NCBI GenBank assembly: GCA_963663865.1
Contig: OY760686.1
Coordinates: forward strand, 2,944,001-3,008,000
Reading direction: 5' to 3'
DNA length: 64,000 bases
Origin: Spirochaetota bacterium
GTDB taxonomy: Bacteria > Spirochaetota > UBA4802 > UBA5550
Each line of letters opens with the position of its first letter. Positions within the stretch are counted from its first letter, which is position 1. Below, one piece after another: positions 20,992-32,174 of this stretch. The notes below the pieces were generated by a model. That model was not told the origin of the DNA, made no database searches, and was given only the letters and a program-made list of their open reading frames with translations. Made by a program: the position numbers and the translations under genes.

Positions 20992-22071
20992 TCAGTCTCT
21001 GACCGGCAGATGCAGAAGGCTTAGAGGGTCAACCTGTTCACCGCCCGCGTACAGAGAAACATGCAGATGTGCCGCTGTAGACTGCCCGGTCGAACCGACA
21101 GCGGCGATGACATCGCCCGCGTCAACGACATCGCCTTCTGCTGCGTTCAGCGTTTTTAAATGCATATAGTATGTAAAAATGCCGTTTCCGTGGTCAATAA
21201 CAACCATGTTGCCTTCGTAGAAAAGGAAATCAGCCAGGACGACTCTGCCCCTCGCCATCGCATAAACCGGAGTACCCTCAAATCCCCGTAGGTCAAGGCC
21301 TCTGTGAATGCTGACCTTATCCTTGAGCCTCTTTTTGACGCCCTTTACTGTCCTATACCGCCTGTATGTCCGCTTTGCCCAGAACTCAGAGGTAATATAA
21401 TGCATATCCCTGGGATGTGAGAGCGAGGATGATATCATATCAGGCCCCCGGGAGGCGAATGCCTTCTTTTTCTTTGCGCTGCTGCGCTTTATGTGCTCAA
21501 GGTTATCCTTCTTGGTATGGTAATCAGAGTCAGAAAACTTTCCGAGATTCAGGGCCTTGCGGCTATGGGGGAACGAGGCTTCCCTGACAATAAAACGGCC
21601 GGTTATTTCACGGCTAAACCATCCAAAAGAGTAAACCAGCCGTATCTGCATACTTCCCGGCTCCGCCTCCGGACTGATAGGGATAAAGCCCCGGCTTCCC
21701 CACTCTCTGTGAGTAAGAGGGATCTCCCTTGAACCGCAGTAAAGCTTTGCGCCCTTAACAGGGCCCTGCCCGCCCGAGCGGTACAACTCGGCATAAACAA
21801 GATTCCCCTGCTCGAAGTCCCTCGCGTACAGATCGACTGTGATACCCTCTTCTTCAAGCCTCATGAGCTCGGGCGGTGAAAAGCTGTAAGAGTCCGGGAC
21901 CTTCACGGCATAGGCCCTCGAAAAGCCCTCAACCCTTTTTAAAACTCCCTCCGCGGCAGATGATGCCCCGGGAAATATAGTACAGAATATTATGACCAGT
22001 GCCGCGAAAGGTTTATATCCCCCCGCCGAAAAAAAAACACTGTCTGCCGCAAAACACTTATAAAATCTCAA
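20992..22071 (-). CDS. M23 family metallopeptidase
   Basis: HRGLD, YMHL, HLH. Confidence 0.92.
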   Translation of the reverse strand: MRFYKCFAADSVFFSAGGYKPFAALVIIFCTIFPGASSAAEGVLKRVEGFSRAYAVKVPDSYSFSPPELMRLEEEGITVDLYARDFEQGNLVYAELYRSGGQGPVKGAKLYCGSREIPLTHREWGSRGFIPISPEAEPGSMQIRLVYSFGWFSREITGRFIVREASFPHSRKALNLGKFSDSDYHTKKDNLEHIKRSSAKKKKAFASRGPDMISSSLSHPRDMHYITSEFWAKRTYRRYRTVKGVKKRLKDKVSIHRGLDLRGFEGTPVYAMARGRVVLADFLFYEGNMVVIDHGNGIFTYYMHLKTLNAAEGDVVDAGDVIAAVGSTGQSTAAHLHVSLYAGGEQVDPLSLLHLPVRD

Positions 22072-22264
22072 AAAACCTCCTCCAGGACTGTCTCGTCCTG
22101 AGCCCGGTATTTCAGTCTATTACTGAATTTTTGTCAAATGGATATCTTATTTTCTGCTGCGCTCCCGATAAAAAGAATTTACTGTTTACGTTTTCTATGC
22201 TAATTAGTATCTTGAGTCAGGTTCGCCTTTCCGCGCGCTGACACAAGTTCATACTGGAGGCCCC

Positions 22265-23017
22265 ATGCCACTGATAAGGATAATTTTGACAGCAATACTT
22301 GCTTTTACAGCCCTGTCGTGCGAGACGGTGAGCGACGACACTCCCGTGTATTCCGGCAACAGCCCTGACGAGAATGAAGAAGAAAACACCGAAGAGACGG
22401 GGGATGATGCAGACGGAGACGAGGGCACTTCCATAAGCGGTACGATAGCCAACTGGGACGACCTCGCTGCGGAGTACTCGCTGCTTACCATAGATATAAA
22501 CGAGCTTACATTGTACGTCACAGCCTTTACGGAGGGCGCGGAAAAAACCGCTCTGGGCGCCGGTGGTGAAATCGGCGCGGGCGGGTCATTTACGTTTACT
22601 CTTCAGGATGCTGACACTGCCCTCCTGACTGAAAATACTTCCTCCACGTGGCCGGGACTTACTCTTGATCCAGAAAACGGAACCTATTCACTTACAGCGC
22701 TGACTCAGTCACCCGGATCCATCGAAATAGTCACGTCGGAAGGAGACAGCCTCGCCGAGCTTCGTTACATCTCCTACGACCCTAACGCTGCAGCTGCCTA
22801 CCCGGCGAGAGAATGCCTTCTGCAGTATTCAGACGCAGAATTCACAGTTACCGGATCGACTACACATGAAGGCTCCGCCGTCACCGCGGCCGACACCGCA
22901 TTCCCCGCCGGCTGGTCATGGGCCGCCCTGGACTACACCTCTGCCGCCGAGTTGGCTGTAACATCGGAAGCTGTCGGTGACGTCTCTGGACTTTCATGGT
23001 ACGCCGAGTTGCCGTGA
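22265..23017 (+). CDS. acidic lipoprotein
   Basis: GGAGG SD; lipobox ALSC; D/E-rich linker. Confidence 0.75.
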   Translation: MPLIRIILTAILAFTALSCETVSDDTPVYSGNSPDENEEENTEETGDDADGDEGTSISGTIANWDDLAAEYSLLTIDINELTLYVTAFTEGAEKTALGAGGEIGAGGSFTFTLQDADTALLTENTSSTWPGLTLDPENGTYSLTALTQSPGSIEIVTSEGDSLAELRYISYDPNAAAAYPARECLLQYSDAEFTVTGSTTHEGSAVTAADTAFPAGWSWAALDYTSAAELAVTSEAVGDVSGLSWYAELP

Positions 23018-23036
23018 CAGTGACGACACTCACGGC

Positions 23037-24848
23037 TTAGAACCTGTCCTGGAGTATTCCCTTCACATCGGATATGCGGTTAGCAGCTTCTTCGACATCG
23101 CCGCTGATCTCTCCGAGACGGCTTATTGTGTCTTCAAATCCCGCTGTCCTGTCAAGAACCGCCTGAAATAGCATCTTTATCTCCGTTGAAAACGGCATTA
23201 TTTTATTGACTTCGTTTTTGGTTCTTCCGGCGAGCTTTCTTACCTCCGCAGCGACAATAGCGAATCCCCTGCCATGTTCTCCGGCATGGGCCGCCTCAAT
23301 AGCAGCGTTCAGGGCGAGCAGTGTCGTTTGAAGCGATATCTCGTTGATCGCGTCTACGATTGGATTAACGCTTTCAATAATTGACGAAGAATCCTCAATC
23401 ATGCTCCTGAGCTTCTTCATTGCCTCTCCCTGTTCCCGTGAAAAGCCAATCAACTCGGCCGACATCTTCCCTATGTCGCTGTTCTCAATACTCATGAGGG
23501 CCCTGTGAGCCGTGTTTATCCGCTCAGTTGACTCCTGGTGCAGCCTGGCGACCATCTTCTGCCGGTAGTCCTGACAGTTTTCAGGCTTATTTAGACCGTT
23601 AAATACCGCGACAGCCATGTCCCTGCAGTTGCCGTAACCGCAGGCGCTGCAGTTGTAGTGGTCTCTTTCCTCGTACTTCAGCATTTCCTCATAGAGACGG
23701 GCCATATCATTATCAGAAGGCATTTTGTAGGTTCCGTTACGGCTCAGATCAAGATATGACCTTGAGTACATCCCTTCTTCCCAGTAGCTGTCCAGGATTC
23801 TATGAAATGCCTTCAGTCCCTTCCTCGTATTCCTGCCAGCGATTCTTTTGCGGGCTTCCTCTGCCCTTGCGGCCACAAGAGCTTCAATCTGGTCGATATT
23901 CTTGTCCACGTTAAGCGTTCCAGGCCCTCCATTGCACCCCTTCTCACAGTTAAGGCAGTCAATCAGCAGCGGCGCGGTGCCGTCCGAAATTGACTCGGGC
24001 AGGTTTGAAAGGTATCTGTAGATCACCTCCACACCCTCAATTTTTCTCGTTTTCGGCGAAATACCCGGCACTTCCCTCATGGCTGTCTCAAGAAGACCCC
24101 CTGGCGTTGAAAAGAGGACTGCCCTTTCTGCCGGAGGATTCACATAGTCTTTTTCATCATAGTCCGAAAGATCAACTTTTCTCATCATAAGCAAATCGTT
24201 AAGGGACTTGACCGTCAGGTTTATTACATCCTGATAACCGGTTTCGATGAATTCCCTTTTCTTGGCATAGCATGGTGAAATCATAACTACAGGCATATCC
24301 CTGTATTCAGGGTAGAAACGTTCAATCATCTTGATTGTATGGAGCATTGGGCTGTCCGCGGGCGCTAAAAACCCGATCAGCTCAGGGTGATATATCTCTA
24401 TGTAGCTTACTATAGCCGGGCAAGGCTGCGCTATTACACATTTTGGACTATTCCTTTTTATGTGCTCGACATAGGACTTCACAGTAAGCTCAGCTCCGTA
24501 GCTGACATCAAAAACCGCCGAAGCTCCGATCGACATCAGCCATCCATTAAGGTTGAGATACTCGCGAGGGAATGATGATGCTACAGCGGGCGCGGCCACC
24601 GCCACAAAGGGGATACTCCTTTTTATCAGAGCTTCAAATTCAGGCGTATCATCAATACCGAGCCTCGCACTATGTGTGCAGTGAGCTATGCAGTTCCCGC
24701 AGCCGATACACAGATCGGCATTGACCCTGACATAGTCCCCGCTCCCGTCATTGCAGAACTTCACCGGGCAGGCGCTTATGCAGGCATGACAGTTTGTACA
24801 CTTCTCCTCATCAACCCTTATGACCGGAACAAGACCGCTCATCTCCAC
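23037..24848 (-). CDS. sensory (group C-type) [FeFe]-hydrogenase-like protein fused to an MCP signalling domain
   Basis: 2x[4Fe-4S] ferredoxin; [24 protein letters not shown]; CSACGYGNC FeS domain; [24 protein letters not shown]. Confidence 0.9.
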   Translation of the reverse strand: MEMSGLVPVIRVDEEKCTNCHACISACPVKFCNDGSGDYVRVNADLCIGCGNCIAHCTHSARLGIDDTPEFEALIKRSIPFVAVAAPAVASSFPREYLNLNGWLMSIGASAVFDVSYGAELTVKSYVEHIKRNSPKCVIAQPCPAIVSYIEIYHPELIGFLAPADSPMLHTIKMIERFYPEYRDMPVVMISPCYAKKREFIETGYQDVINLTVKSLNDLLMMRKVDLSDYDEKDYVNPPAERAVLFSTPGGLLETAMREVPGISPKTRKIEGVEVIYRYLSNLPESISDGTAPLLIDCLNCEKGCNGGPGTLNVDKNIDQIEALVAARAEEARKRIAGRNTRKGLKAFHRILDSYWEEGMYSRSYLDLSRNGTYKMPSDNDMARLYEEMLKYEERDHYNCSACGYGNCRDMAVAVFNGLNKPENCQDYRQKMVARLHQESTERINTAHRALMSIENSDIGKMSAELIGFSREQGEAMKKLRSMIEDSSSIIESVNPIVDAINEISLQTTLLALNAAIEAAHAGEHGRGFAIVAAEVRKLAGRTKNEVNKIMPFSTEIKMLFQAVLDRTAGFEDTISRLGEISGDVEEAANRISDVKGILQDRF

Positions 24849-25083
24849 CCCCTGATCCCGGAAAGGCGAGCAGCTCCGGGAATATGATACAGCTGTTAAG
24901 CAAGTAATTCAGATTTTGACGTCTTGATTATGACGGACAGATCCGATTATTTCAAGACATAATTTTCACAAAAAAAAGAATATACATTTGAGCACATTTT
25001 TCGGCTACTAAAATGATGAAAAATTTACTTCTTGCAAGCGCTATGTGATTATTGTTAATGGCTTTTAACCATAAGGTGAATTC

Positions 25084-26565
25084 ATGAACAGCTCATTCGC
25101 TAAAAACGCACTGAAAATAATGTCGGGAAATGTTATCGCGAGAATAATCAGCTTCGCGTCCATCGCCGTTATCGCCAGGCTCTACACCCCCGGGCAGTTC
25201 GGGATAGCTGAGCTCTTTATGACCTTTCTATTTATATGTCTCACTTTCAGCTCTCTCAGCTACGAATACGCTATTTCTCTGCCCGAAAAGGAATCTGATT
25301 CATTTAGCGTTGTACAGCTGGCACTTTCGCTTCTTATCTTTTTTACTGCTCTGATTGCCGTATCCAGTTTCATCTTCTACTATATGTCCAGCGGTATTTC
25401 CTCTCTTGAGGATATAAGGATATACATATTCTTCCTCCCCATTCTCGTTTTTGTGCGAGGTTCCCGCGACGTTCTCGAACTATGGTTTTCCCGTAAGAGG
25501 CGTTTCGGAAGAATCGCAATGTCAGAGATAATAAACAAGCTTGGTGAAGTGGGTTTCAAGATCGGACTTGCCGGAATAGGCACAGCAGGGCTTTTCTGGG
25601 GAAACATCGCCGGCTTTGCCATTTCAGCGTCAGCCTATCTCACGATATTAATTCGAAAGGACAGAGGCCTCATCTCCCTGCCTTCACTTTCTGCTATGAA
25701 AAGTACCGCCCGGCGTTACTCAGGATTTCCAAAGTTCAACATATTATCCACAATGTCTAAAAGCCTTACTGAAAGACTACCTACTCTGATAATAACACCG
25801 TTTTTCGGTTTCACCGCAACCGGGCTTTACTCAATGGCGTTCAAGCTGATAAATGAGCCCATGAAGATTCTAAGCACATCCATGTCGAGGGTGTACGAAC
25901 AGGATGCCGCCCGGGAATACAATAAAAACGGCAGTATAGCCCGCCTTACTGAAGACATCTTCGACAAACTGCTGCTGATGTCCTTCATGCCCATAGCATT
26001 TATCGGCGTCGCCAGCGAAGAGCTTTTTACGGTTGTTCTTGGCTCCACATGGTCCGAAGCCGGAGTCTATACGGAAATTCTGGCTGCCTCCATGCTGGTC
26101 CGCTTTCTGATACAGCCGCTGTCCTATGCCCTTAATATTGTAGAGAAACAGCACCTCAACATGATTTTCAATTCAGCCCTTTCTGTGTTCGCTCTGCTTT
26201 CTTTCTTTGCCGGCGGTGCGCTCGGAAGCATCTATGCCGCTCTGATATTCTTTTCAGCCTCATACACAGTCATATCTTTGATATACCTGTCATTCATCCT
26301 GATGAACGCCGGAGCCTCTGCCGCGCGCATTTTCAGAAGGTCTTCCGTCCAGATAGCCGCGGCAATGCCGCCAATTGCTCTGATCATAACCATGAAACAC
26401 CTGAGGCTGCATCCGGTTCTTTTTATTCTGCTTGCCTTAACAGCGGGCGGTTTGTACTACGCCTTCATGCTTCGTTTTTACCTTAGAAAAAACAACACCA
26501 GCATTTCCGCACTTATCAAAATGCGGAAAAACCCTGCGGAGAAAAATTCAGAGAAACGCCCATGA
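25084..26565 (+). CDS. Wzx-like oligosaccharide flippase
   Basis: ARLYTPGQFG, YEYAI, many TMs, GLYSMA. Confidence 0.88.
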   Translation: MNSSFAKNALKIMSGNVIARIISFASIAVIARLYTPGQFGIAELFMTFLFICLTFSSLSYEYAISLPEKESDSFSVVQLALSLLIFFTALIAVSSFIFYYMSSGISSLEDIRIYIFFLPILVFVRGSRDVLELWFSRKRRFGRIAMSEIINKLGEVGFKIGLAGIGTAGLFWGNIAGFAISASAYLTILIRKDRGLISLPSLSAMKSTARRYSGFPKFNILSTMSKSLTERLPTLIITPFFGFTATGLYSMAFKLINEPMKILSTSMSRVYEQDAAREYNKNGSIARLTEDIFDKLLLMSFMPIAFIGVASEELFTVVLGSTWSEAGVYTEILAASMLVRFLIQPLSYALNIVEKQHLNMIFNSALSVFALLSFFAGGALGSIYAALIFFSASYTVISLIYLSFILMNAGASAARIFRRSSVQIAAAMPPIALIITMKHLRLHPVLFILLALTAGGLYYAFMLRFYLRKNNTSISALIKMRKNPAEKNSEKRP

Positions 26566-27527
26566 TTACAGCCATTGCCCTTGTCATAGCAGGACTTATA
26601 ATCCTTGTGTGGAGCGCCGACCGCTTTGTTGACGGAGCTTCAGGAATCGCGGCTTACCTGGGAATGCCTCCCCTCCTTATAGGAATGATTATTGTCGGTT
26701 TCGGCACATCAGCACCGGAGATGTTCGTTTCCGCCATGTCAGCTGTTAAAGGTAATCCCGGCATCGCAATAGGGAACGCCTATGGATCAAACATCACCAA
26801 TATAGCCCTTATTCTCGGGATTACATCGCTTATTGCCCCGATTACAGTTAAGTCGGCCGTTCTCCGGCGCGAGCTGCCCGTACTGACAGCGGCAACACTA
26901 CTGGCAGCCTGGCAAATCCATGACGGAGAGATAACACGCGTTGAAGCAGCCATTCTTCTTACAGTATTTGCATGTCTCATTGCCTGGTCGGTGTGGCAGT
27001 CGGTAAACAAGAAACCTGATGAATTCAGCACAGAAGTCGAAGACATGCTGAAAGAGAAATCCAGACCGCTCGGTCGATCGCTGTTCAGCCTGTCAGCCGG
27101 ACTTGTCCTGCTGATAGCAAGCTCTCATCTGCTTGTTACAGGCGCTGTAAAAATAGCGACATCACTTGGAGTCAGCGACCTTGTAATCGGCCTGACTGTC
27201 GTCGCTATCGGAACATCTCTGCCCGAACTTGCGTCATCTATAGCCGCCGCCCGAAAGGGCGAACACGAAATTGCCCTAGGCAATGTAATTGGATCAAACC
27301 TGTTTAACACCATGGCTGTAGTTGGAATTGCGGGAAGCGTCAGGCCCTTCAGCGTGTCCCCTGAAGTCTTCACCCGGGACATGTCAGCAATGCTCTTACT
27401 GACCGTTTCGCTCTTCGTGACAGGCTGGGGCTTTAAAGGCCGTCAGGGAAGGATAAACCGTTTTGAAGGCGGGTTCCTAGTTCTGTTTTACGCCGCTTAT
27501 ACAGCGATGCTGCTTATCACCGCCTGA
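26562..27527 (+). CDS. calcium/sodium antiporter (YrbG/CaCA)
   Basis: GTSAPE/GSNITN and GTSLPE/GSNLFN alpha repeats. Confidence 0.95.
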   Translation: MITAIALVIAGLIILVWSADRFVDGASGIAAYLGMPPLLIGMIIVGFGTSAPEMFVSAMSAVKGNPGIAIGNAYGSNITNIALILGITSLIAPITVKSAVLRRELPVLTAATLLAAWQIHDGEITRVEAAILLTVFACLIAWSVWQSVNKKPDEFSTEVEDMLKEKSRPLGRSLFSLSAGLVLLIASSHLLVTGAVKIATSLGVSDLVIGLTVVAIGTSLPELASSIAAARKGEHEIALGNVIGSNLFNTMAVVGIAGSVRPFSVSPEVFTRDMSAMLLLTVSLFVTGWGFKGRQGRINRFEGGFLVLFYAAYTAMLLITA

Positions 27528-27601
27528 CAGGATTCAATCCCGTTCTAATTCATTCTCGCGCCAGGCTCTGCCCTGTCGGCACTGGCTCGCCTGAAAACTA
27601 A

Positions 27602-27675
27602 TTGACACCCTCATCCGCCGGGGCAGAATGTCAGAGCCTCCGGGCAAATCTTCCGCGCGGCGGAACGATTTCCCG
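27602..27675 (+). promoter_or_regulatory. putative valS promoter and leader hairpin
   Basis: TTGACA-16-CAGAAT; hairpin CGGG-AAATC-TTCCGC/GCGGAA-GATTT-CCCG at 27641-27675. Confidence 0.45.
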
Positions 27676-27704
27676 CCACAACCAGAAACAAAAAGGATAA
27701 TATT

Positions 27705-30353
27705 ATGCGTATTCCAGATAATTTTGACCCGGCATCAGCCGAAGAAAAGTGGTATAAGACCTGGGAGGATAACGGCTACTTCCATGCTGACGAAAATGAC
27801 GGACGTGAACCCTTTTCGATCGTTATCCCGCCGCCAAATGTTACCGGCAGCCTTCACATGGGTCACGCGCTCAATAACACTATTCAGGACATTATCGCCA
27901 GGTGGCAGAGAATGATGGGGAAATCTGTTCTGTGGATGCCCGGCATGGACCATGCCGGAATAGCGACACAGAACGTGGTTGAACGGCTTCTGCGGGAAGA
28001 AGGCAAGAGCCGTGAAGAGCTCGGCCGTGAGGAATTTGAAAAAAGAGTCTGGGAATGGAAAGAACATTCCGGTGGACAGATAAAGGGACAGCTGAGGCGC
28101 CTGGGTTCTTCGCTTGACTGGGAAAGAGAGAGGTTCACCCTTGATGAAGGCCTGTCAAAGGCAGTACAGAAGGTCTTCAAAACGCTTTACGATGAAGGAC
28201 TTATCTACAAAGGCTTCAGAATTATCAACTGGTGCCCACGCTGCGAAACAGCTCTTTCCGACATTGAAACAGAATACAGGGAGCTCGACGGCAGCTTCTG
28301 GCATATACGTTACCGCATTGCAGGGACCGACGAGTACATTGTAGTTGCAACAACACGGCCGGAAACCATGCTCGGGGACACCGGCGTAGCAGTCAATCCG
28401 GAGGATGAACGTTACAGCCACCTTGTCGGCAAAAAGGTTATTCTCCCCCTTGTGGAAAGAGAGATTCCTGTTTTTGCCGATTCATATGTTGACAGGGAAT
28501 TCGGAACAGGTCTCGTCAAGGTAACGCCGGCCCACGACCCGAACGACTATGAAATGGGCAAACGCAACGGTCTCGAAGAAATCAATGTTATGGATACCCG
28601 CGGCTTCATCAACGAAAACGGCGGAGTTTACAGGGGGCTTGACCGGTTCGCTGCAAGAAAAAAGATTGTCGAAGACCTTGATAAGGGCGGTTATCTCGTC
28701 AAAGTTGAAAAACACACTCACTCTGTCGGCCACTGCTACCGATGCCAGACTGTAATAGAACCGTATCTCTCAAGTCAGTGGTTCGTCAAAATTAAGCCGC
28801 TCGCTGAAGAAGCCATAAAGTCAGTCGAGGACGGCCGCATACGCTTTGTTCCAAAAAACTGGGAGAAGACCTACTACGAATGGATGTACAACATCAGAGA
28901 CTGGTGCATATCCCGCCAGCTCTGGTGGGGGCACCGCATTCCCGCGTACTACTGTGATGAATGCGGTGAAATGCACGTAGAGCTGGACGCGCCCTCGAAA
29001 TGTTCGAAATGCGGCAGCGCCAAAATACGCCAGGAAGAAGACGTTCTGGACACATGGTTCTCATCGGGTCTCTGGCCATTCTCCACGATGGGCTGGCCAG
29101 AAAACACAGCCGCGCTGCAGAAATACTATCCGACAAGCGTTCTTGTTACGGGCTTCGACATTATTTTCTTCTGGGTGGCCCGAATGATCATGATGGGGCT
29201 AAAGTTCATGGATGATATTCCCTTCAGGGATGTCTACATCCACGCCCTGGTACGCGACGAACACGGCCACAAAATGAGCAAATCGAGGGGCAACGTTGTT
29301 GATCCTCTCATCATGATGGATAAGTACGGGACCGATGCCTTCAGGTTCACGCTCGCCGTCTTCGCGGCACAGGGACGGGACGTCGTGTTCTCTGAAAAAC
29401 GCCTTGAGGGATACCGCTCATTCACAAACAAAATATGGAATTCCACCAAATTCATACTGATGAACCTTCCGGAAGATTTCAAGCCGGAACAGCCGGAACC
29501 ATCCAGGCTTGAGGTTTTCGACAGATGGATTCTGCATCGTCTCAATATAACTGTTGAAAGGGTGAGCCTTGCCCTCGAAGAATACCGATTCAACGACGCG
29601 GCAAACGAGCTATATGACTTCTACTGGCATGAGTTCTGCGACTGGTACATAGAGCTTACCAAACAGCGCCTGTACTCTAAGGACCACTCTCAAGCTGAGT
29701 CAAGTGAAACCGCAAGACAGGTTCTCTATCATGTTCTTTCACAGTCCCTGAAAATGATGCATCCCTTTATGCCCTACGTCACCGAGGAAATATGGGAAGG
29801 AATAAAGAACTCCGATGAGCATCTGATGGTATCCAGCTGGCCGAAAAACTACAGCCTTTATGTCTTTGAAAAGGAAGCATCCGAAACCGAAACCTTTAAG
29901 GAGATCGTTTACAAGATTAGGAATGTCAGGGGAGAGATGAATGTACCTCCTGATAAAAAGGCATCGGTTGTATTCAAAACCGGATCAGAAGATATTGCAG
30001 CCCTGATAAAACGCGAAGAGGTTCACATTATAGCCCTCGGACGGCTCAGCGGCATCACGGTAGACCCGGCTTATGTGCCTGACAAGTCTGACGCATCTGC
30101 CGTCATGAGCGAACTGGAGATATATCTCCCATTGAAGGGGCTAATTGACCTTGGCATGGAAAAATCCAGGCTTGAAAAAGAGATCACTAAAGCCGGATCA
30201 GACCTTGAAAAAGTAGAAGCAAAGCTGTCAAATGAAAGCTTTACTTCTAAAGCCCCCGCGGAAGTCATAGAAAAGGAGACAAAAAAGCGTGACGAACTTG
30301 CCGCTATTGTCGAAAAGCTTAAAGAAAGTCTCAACAAGCTGGCGGAACTCTAA
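27705..30353 (+). CDS. valS: valine--tRNA ligase
   Basis: PPPNVTGSLHMGH, DWCISRQLWWGH, KMSKS, C-terminal coiled coil. Confidence 0.98.
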   Translation: MRIPDNFDPASAEEKWYKTWEDNGYFHADENDGREPFSIVIPPPNVTGSLHMGHALNNTIQDIIARWQRMMGKSVLWMPGMDHAGIATQNVVERLLREEGKSREELGREEFEKRVWEWKEHSGGQIKGQLRRLGSSLDWERERFTLDEGLSKAVQKVFKTLYDEGLIYKGFRIINWCPRCETALSDIETEYRELDGSFWHIRYRIAGTDEYIVVATTRPETMLGDTGVAVNPEDERYSHLVGKKVILPLVEREIPVFADSYVDREFGTGLVKVTPAHDPNDYEMGKRNGLEEINVMDTRGFINENGGVYRGLDRFAARKKIVEDLDKGGYLVKVEKHTHSVGHCYRCQTVIEPYLSSQWFVKIKPLAEEAIKSVEDGRIRFVPKNWEKTYYEWMYNIRDWCISRQLWWGHRIPAYYCDECGEMHVELDAPSKCSKCGSAKIRQEEDVLDTWFSSGLWPFSTMGWPENTAALQKYYPTSVLVTGFDIIFFWVARMIMMGLKFMDDIPFRDVYIHALVRDEHGHKMSKSRGNVVDPLIMMDKYGTDAFRFTLAVFAAQGRDVVFSEKRLEGYRSFTNKIWNSTKFILMNLPEDFKPEQPEPSRLEVFDRWILHRLNITVERVSLALEEYRFNDAANELYDFYWHEFCDWYIELTKQRLYSKDHSQAESSETARQVLYHVLSQSLKMMHPFMPYVTEEIWEGIKNSDEHLMVSSWPKNYSLYVFEKEASETETFKEIVYKIRNVRGEMNVPPDKKASVVFKTGSEDIAALIKREEVHIIALGRLSGITVDPAYVPDKSDASAVMSELEIYLPLKGLIDLGMEKSRLEKEITKAGSDLEKVEAKLSNESFTSKAPAEVIEKETKKRDELAAIVEKLKESLNKLAEL

Positions 30354-30835
30354 GCCTCATTCCCCTTTTCACGGTGCAGTGCGGCCATTCTCGCTTCCTT
30401 GCGTATGGCCGCCTCTCTGTTCCTTCTCTTTTCCTCATCGGTTTCGAGAAGAAGCCCCGGAATTTTTCTCGGCTTCATGTCATCATTGAGTGCTACAAAT
30501 GTCAGATATGCCGTAGCCGTGTGCCTCACCTCACCGGAAATGAAGTTCTCGGCTTCGACCTTGACACCGACTTCCATGGATGATGTTCCCACATAGTTTA
30601 CGCTCGCCTTGACCCTCAGAAGGTCACCGATAAAAACCGGGCTGTGAAAATCAAGCCTGTCTATAGAGGCAGTAACGATGAGTCCCTGCGAATGCCTGCA
30701 CGCGGCAATACCTGCAGTGTTGTCAATGAGCTTCATTATCGCGCCTCCATGCACCGTGCCGGCAAGGTTCGAATCGGCCTGAGTCATCTGCTGGCACACT
30801 TCGAGGGCGCTTTCACATACTTTTTTAGGCTCCAT
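30350..30835 (-). CDS. acyl-CoA thioesterase (YciA-like hotdog fold)
   Basis: NLAGTVHGG, VTASID, TFVAL. Confidence 0.93.
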   Translation of the reverse strand: MEPKKVCESALEVCQQMTQADSNLAGTVHGGAIMKLIDNTAGIAACRHSQGLIVTASIDRLDFHSPVFIGDLLRVKASVNYVGTSSMEVGVKVEAENFISGEVRHTATAYLTFVALNDDMKPRKIPGLLLETDEEKRRNREAAIRKEARMAALHREKGNEA

Positions 30836-30838
30836 GTT

Positions 30839-31810
30839 CTATTCTGCCTCCTGTTTTCTATTGCAGCAGGCCCTGCTGTCAAGATCGCATATGGGCCTGT
30901 TCTCAATCTGAATTGTTGTGTGATTTATCGAGTACTGTTCTTCAAGCATACTGTTTATCCCGCGGATAACCTCGTCCGTATCGTCAATATCATCGGTATG
31001 AGAGTAGCATACATGGCAGGAGAGAAAAACCTCACTGGAACTGACCGACCAGATGTGAAGTCCATGAACGCTGGCCACCCCCCTTACCTTGAGAATATCC
31101 CCCCTCACATCTTCGATTGCGATATCGTGTGGAGCCCCCTGAAAAAAGATTCTGAACGACCTGGCTATTATATCCCACGAGCTCCAGAAAATCATAATTA
31201 CAATCATAAATGAAATGGCAAGGTCAATCCATATCATGTCAGTTAAATATATCAGAAGACCGGCTATAATTACTCCCGCCGATGAGATTGTATCGTACAG
31301 CAGATGGATAAAGGCCGCCCTGAGATTAAGACTGTCCTTCCTGTTACGCGCCAGGACGAAAATTGACATCGCATTTCCCGCAAGGCCAACAGCTGCAATC
31401 GGGAGCATTATCCATACATTAATCTCCTGAGGGTTTACAAACCTCTCAATTGCCTCATGAACGATGAACACCCCAACTACAACCAGGGCAAGGGCATTTA
31501 CAAGAGCAATGAATACCTCAAAACGCCTCAACCCGAAAGTATAGTTTCTTCCGCCGCTTCTCGCGGACACCTTTTCGCCGGCATAGCCGAGCACAAGGGA
31601 GGCCACGTCCGAGAGGTTATGCCACGCGTCAGAGATAAGTGCGAGGCTTCCTGAAAGCACACCGCCTGCAAATTCTGCCGCGGTTATAACGACATTAAAC
31701 AGTATGACCAGCAGCAACCTAAAACCAGCGGGCCTCGCGTGATGATGGTGATGTTCGTGGTGTGTGCTGTGTTTATCACTGTTTTTTATGGTATTATTCC
31801 TGTCTCCCAT
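30839..31810 (-). CDS. CDF metal exporter (CzcD/ZitB-like)
   Basis: His-rich N-terminus, SLALISDAWHNLSD, HLLYD, LHIWS. Confidence 0.95.
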   Translation of the reverse strand: MGDRNNTIKNSDKHSTHHEHHHHHARPAGFRLLLVILFNVVITAAEFAGGVLSGSLALISDAWHNLSDVASLVLGYAGEKVSARSGGRNYTFGLRRFEVFIALVNALALVVVGVFIVHEAIERFVNPQEINVWIMLPIAAVGLAGNAMSIFVLARNRKDSLNLRAAFIHLLYDTISSAGVIIAGLLIYLTDMIWIDLAISFMIVIMIFWSSWDIIARSFRIFFQGAPHDIAIEDVRGDILKVRGVASVHGLHIWSVSSSEVFLSCHVCYSHTDDIDDTDEVIRGINSMLEEQYSINHTTIQIENRPICDLDSRACCNRKQEAE

Positions 31811-31858
31811 TTCGACTCCAAAACCTACGTATCCCCGTTAGAATTAACGGATACAGCT

Positions 31859-32158
31859 CTATTGTTCCATAATATGATCCATGCCCTGCCTGAAAACGCT
31901 TTCCACATGGTCATCATCCAGAGAATAGAAAACCGCCTTCCCTTCCCTCCTGGCTCTTACGAGCCTGGCGCTCTTGAGGATTCTAAGCTGATGTGACACA
32001 GCGGACTGCTCCATTGAAACAGCTTCCGCAATAAGTCCCGCCTGAAGCTCTCCGTCAAGTAGAGATTTAACGATACGCAGCCTTGTCCGGTCCCCCATTA
32101 CCTTGAAAAACTCCGCAAGCCTCTGAGATACATCCTCTTCATTATAAACCAGCGGCAT
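31859..32158 (-). CDS. ArsR/SmtB (CzrA-like) metalloregulator
   Basis: FKVMGDRTRLRI, SAVSHQLRIL, alpha5 site DDHV...DH..E. Confidence 0.95.
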   Translation of the reverse strand: MPLVYNEEDVSQRLAEFFKVMGDRTRLRIVKSLLDGELQAGLIAEAVSMEQSAVSHQLRILKSARLVRARREGKAVFYSLDDDHVESVFRQGMDHIMEQ

Positions 32159-32174
32159 AGAGCTTGTTCCTCCT

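Noticed and set aside
25744-25752. DnaA box TTATCCACA
   Set aside because: Single copy inside a CDS; no cluster or oriC context
27608-27704. T-box leader before valS
   Set aside because: Too short; no T-box consensus or terminator
30766-30776. GGTTCGAATC T-loop-like motif
   Set aside because: Lies inside the thioesterase CDS; no cloverleaf
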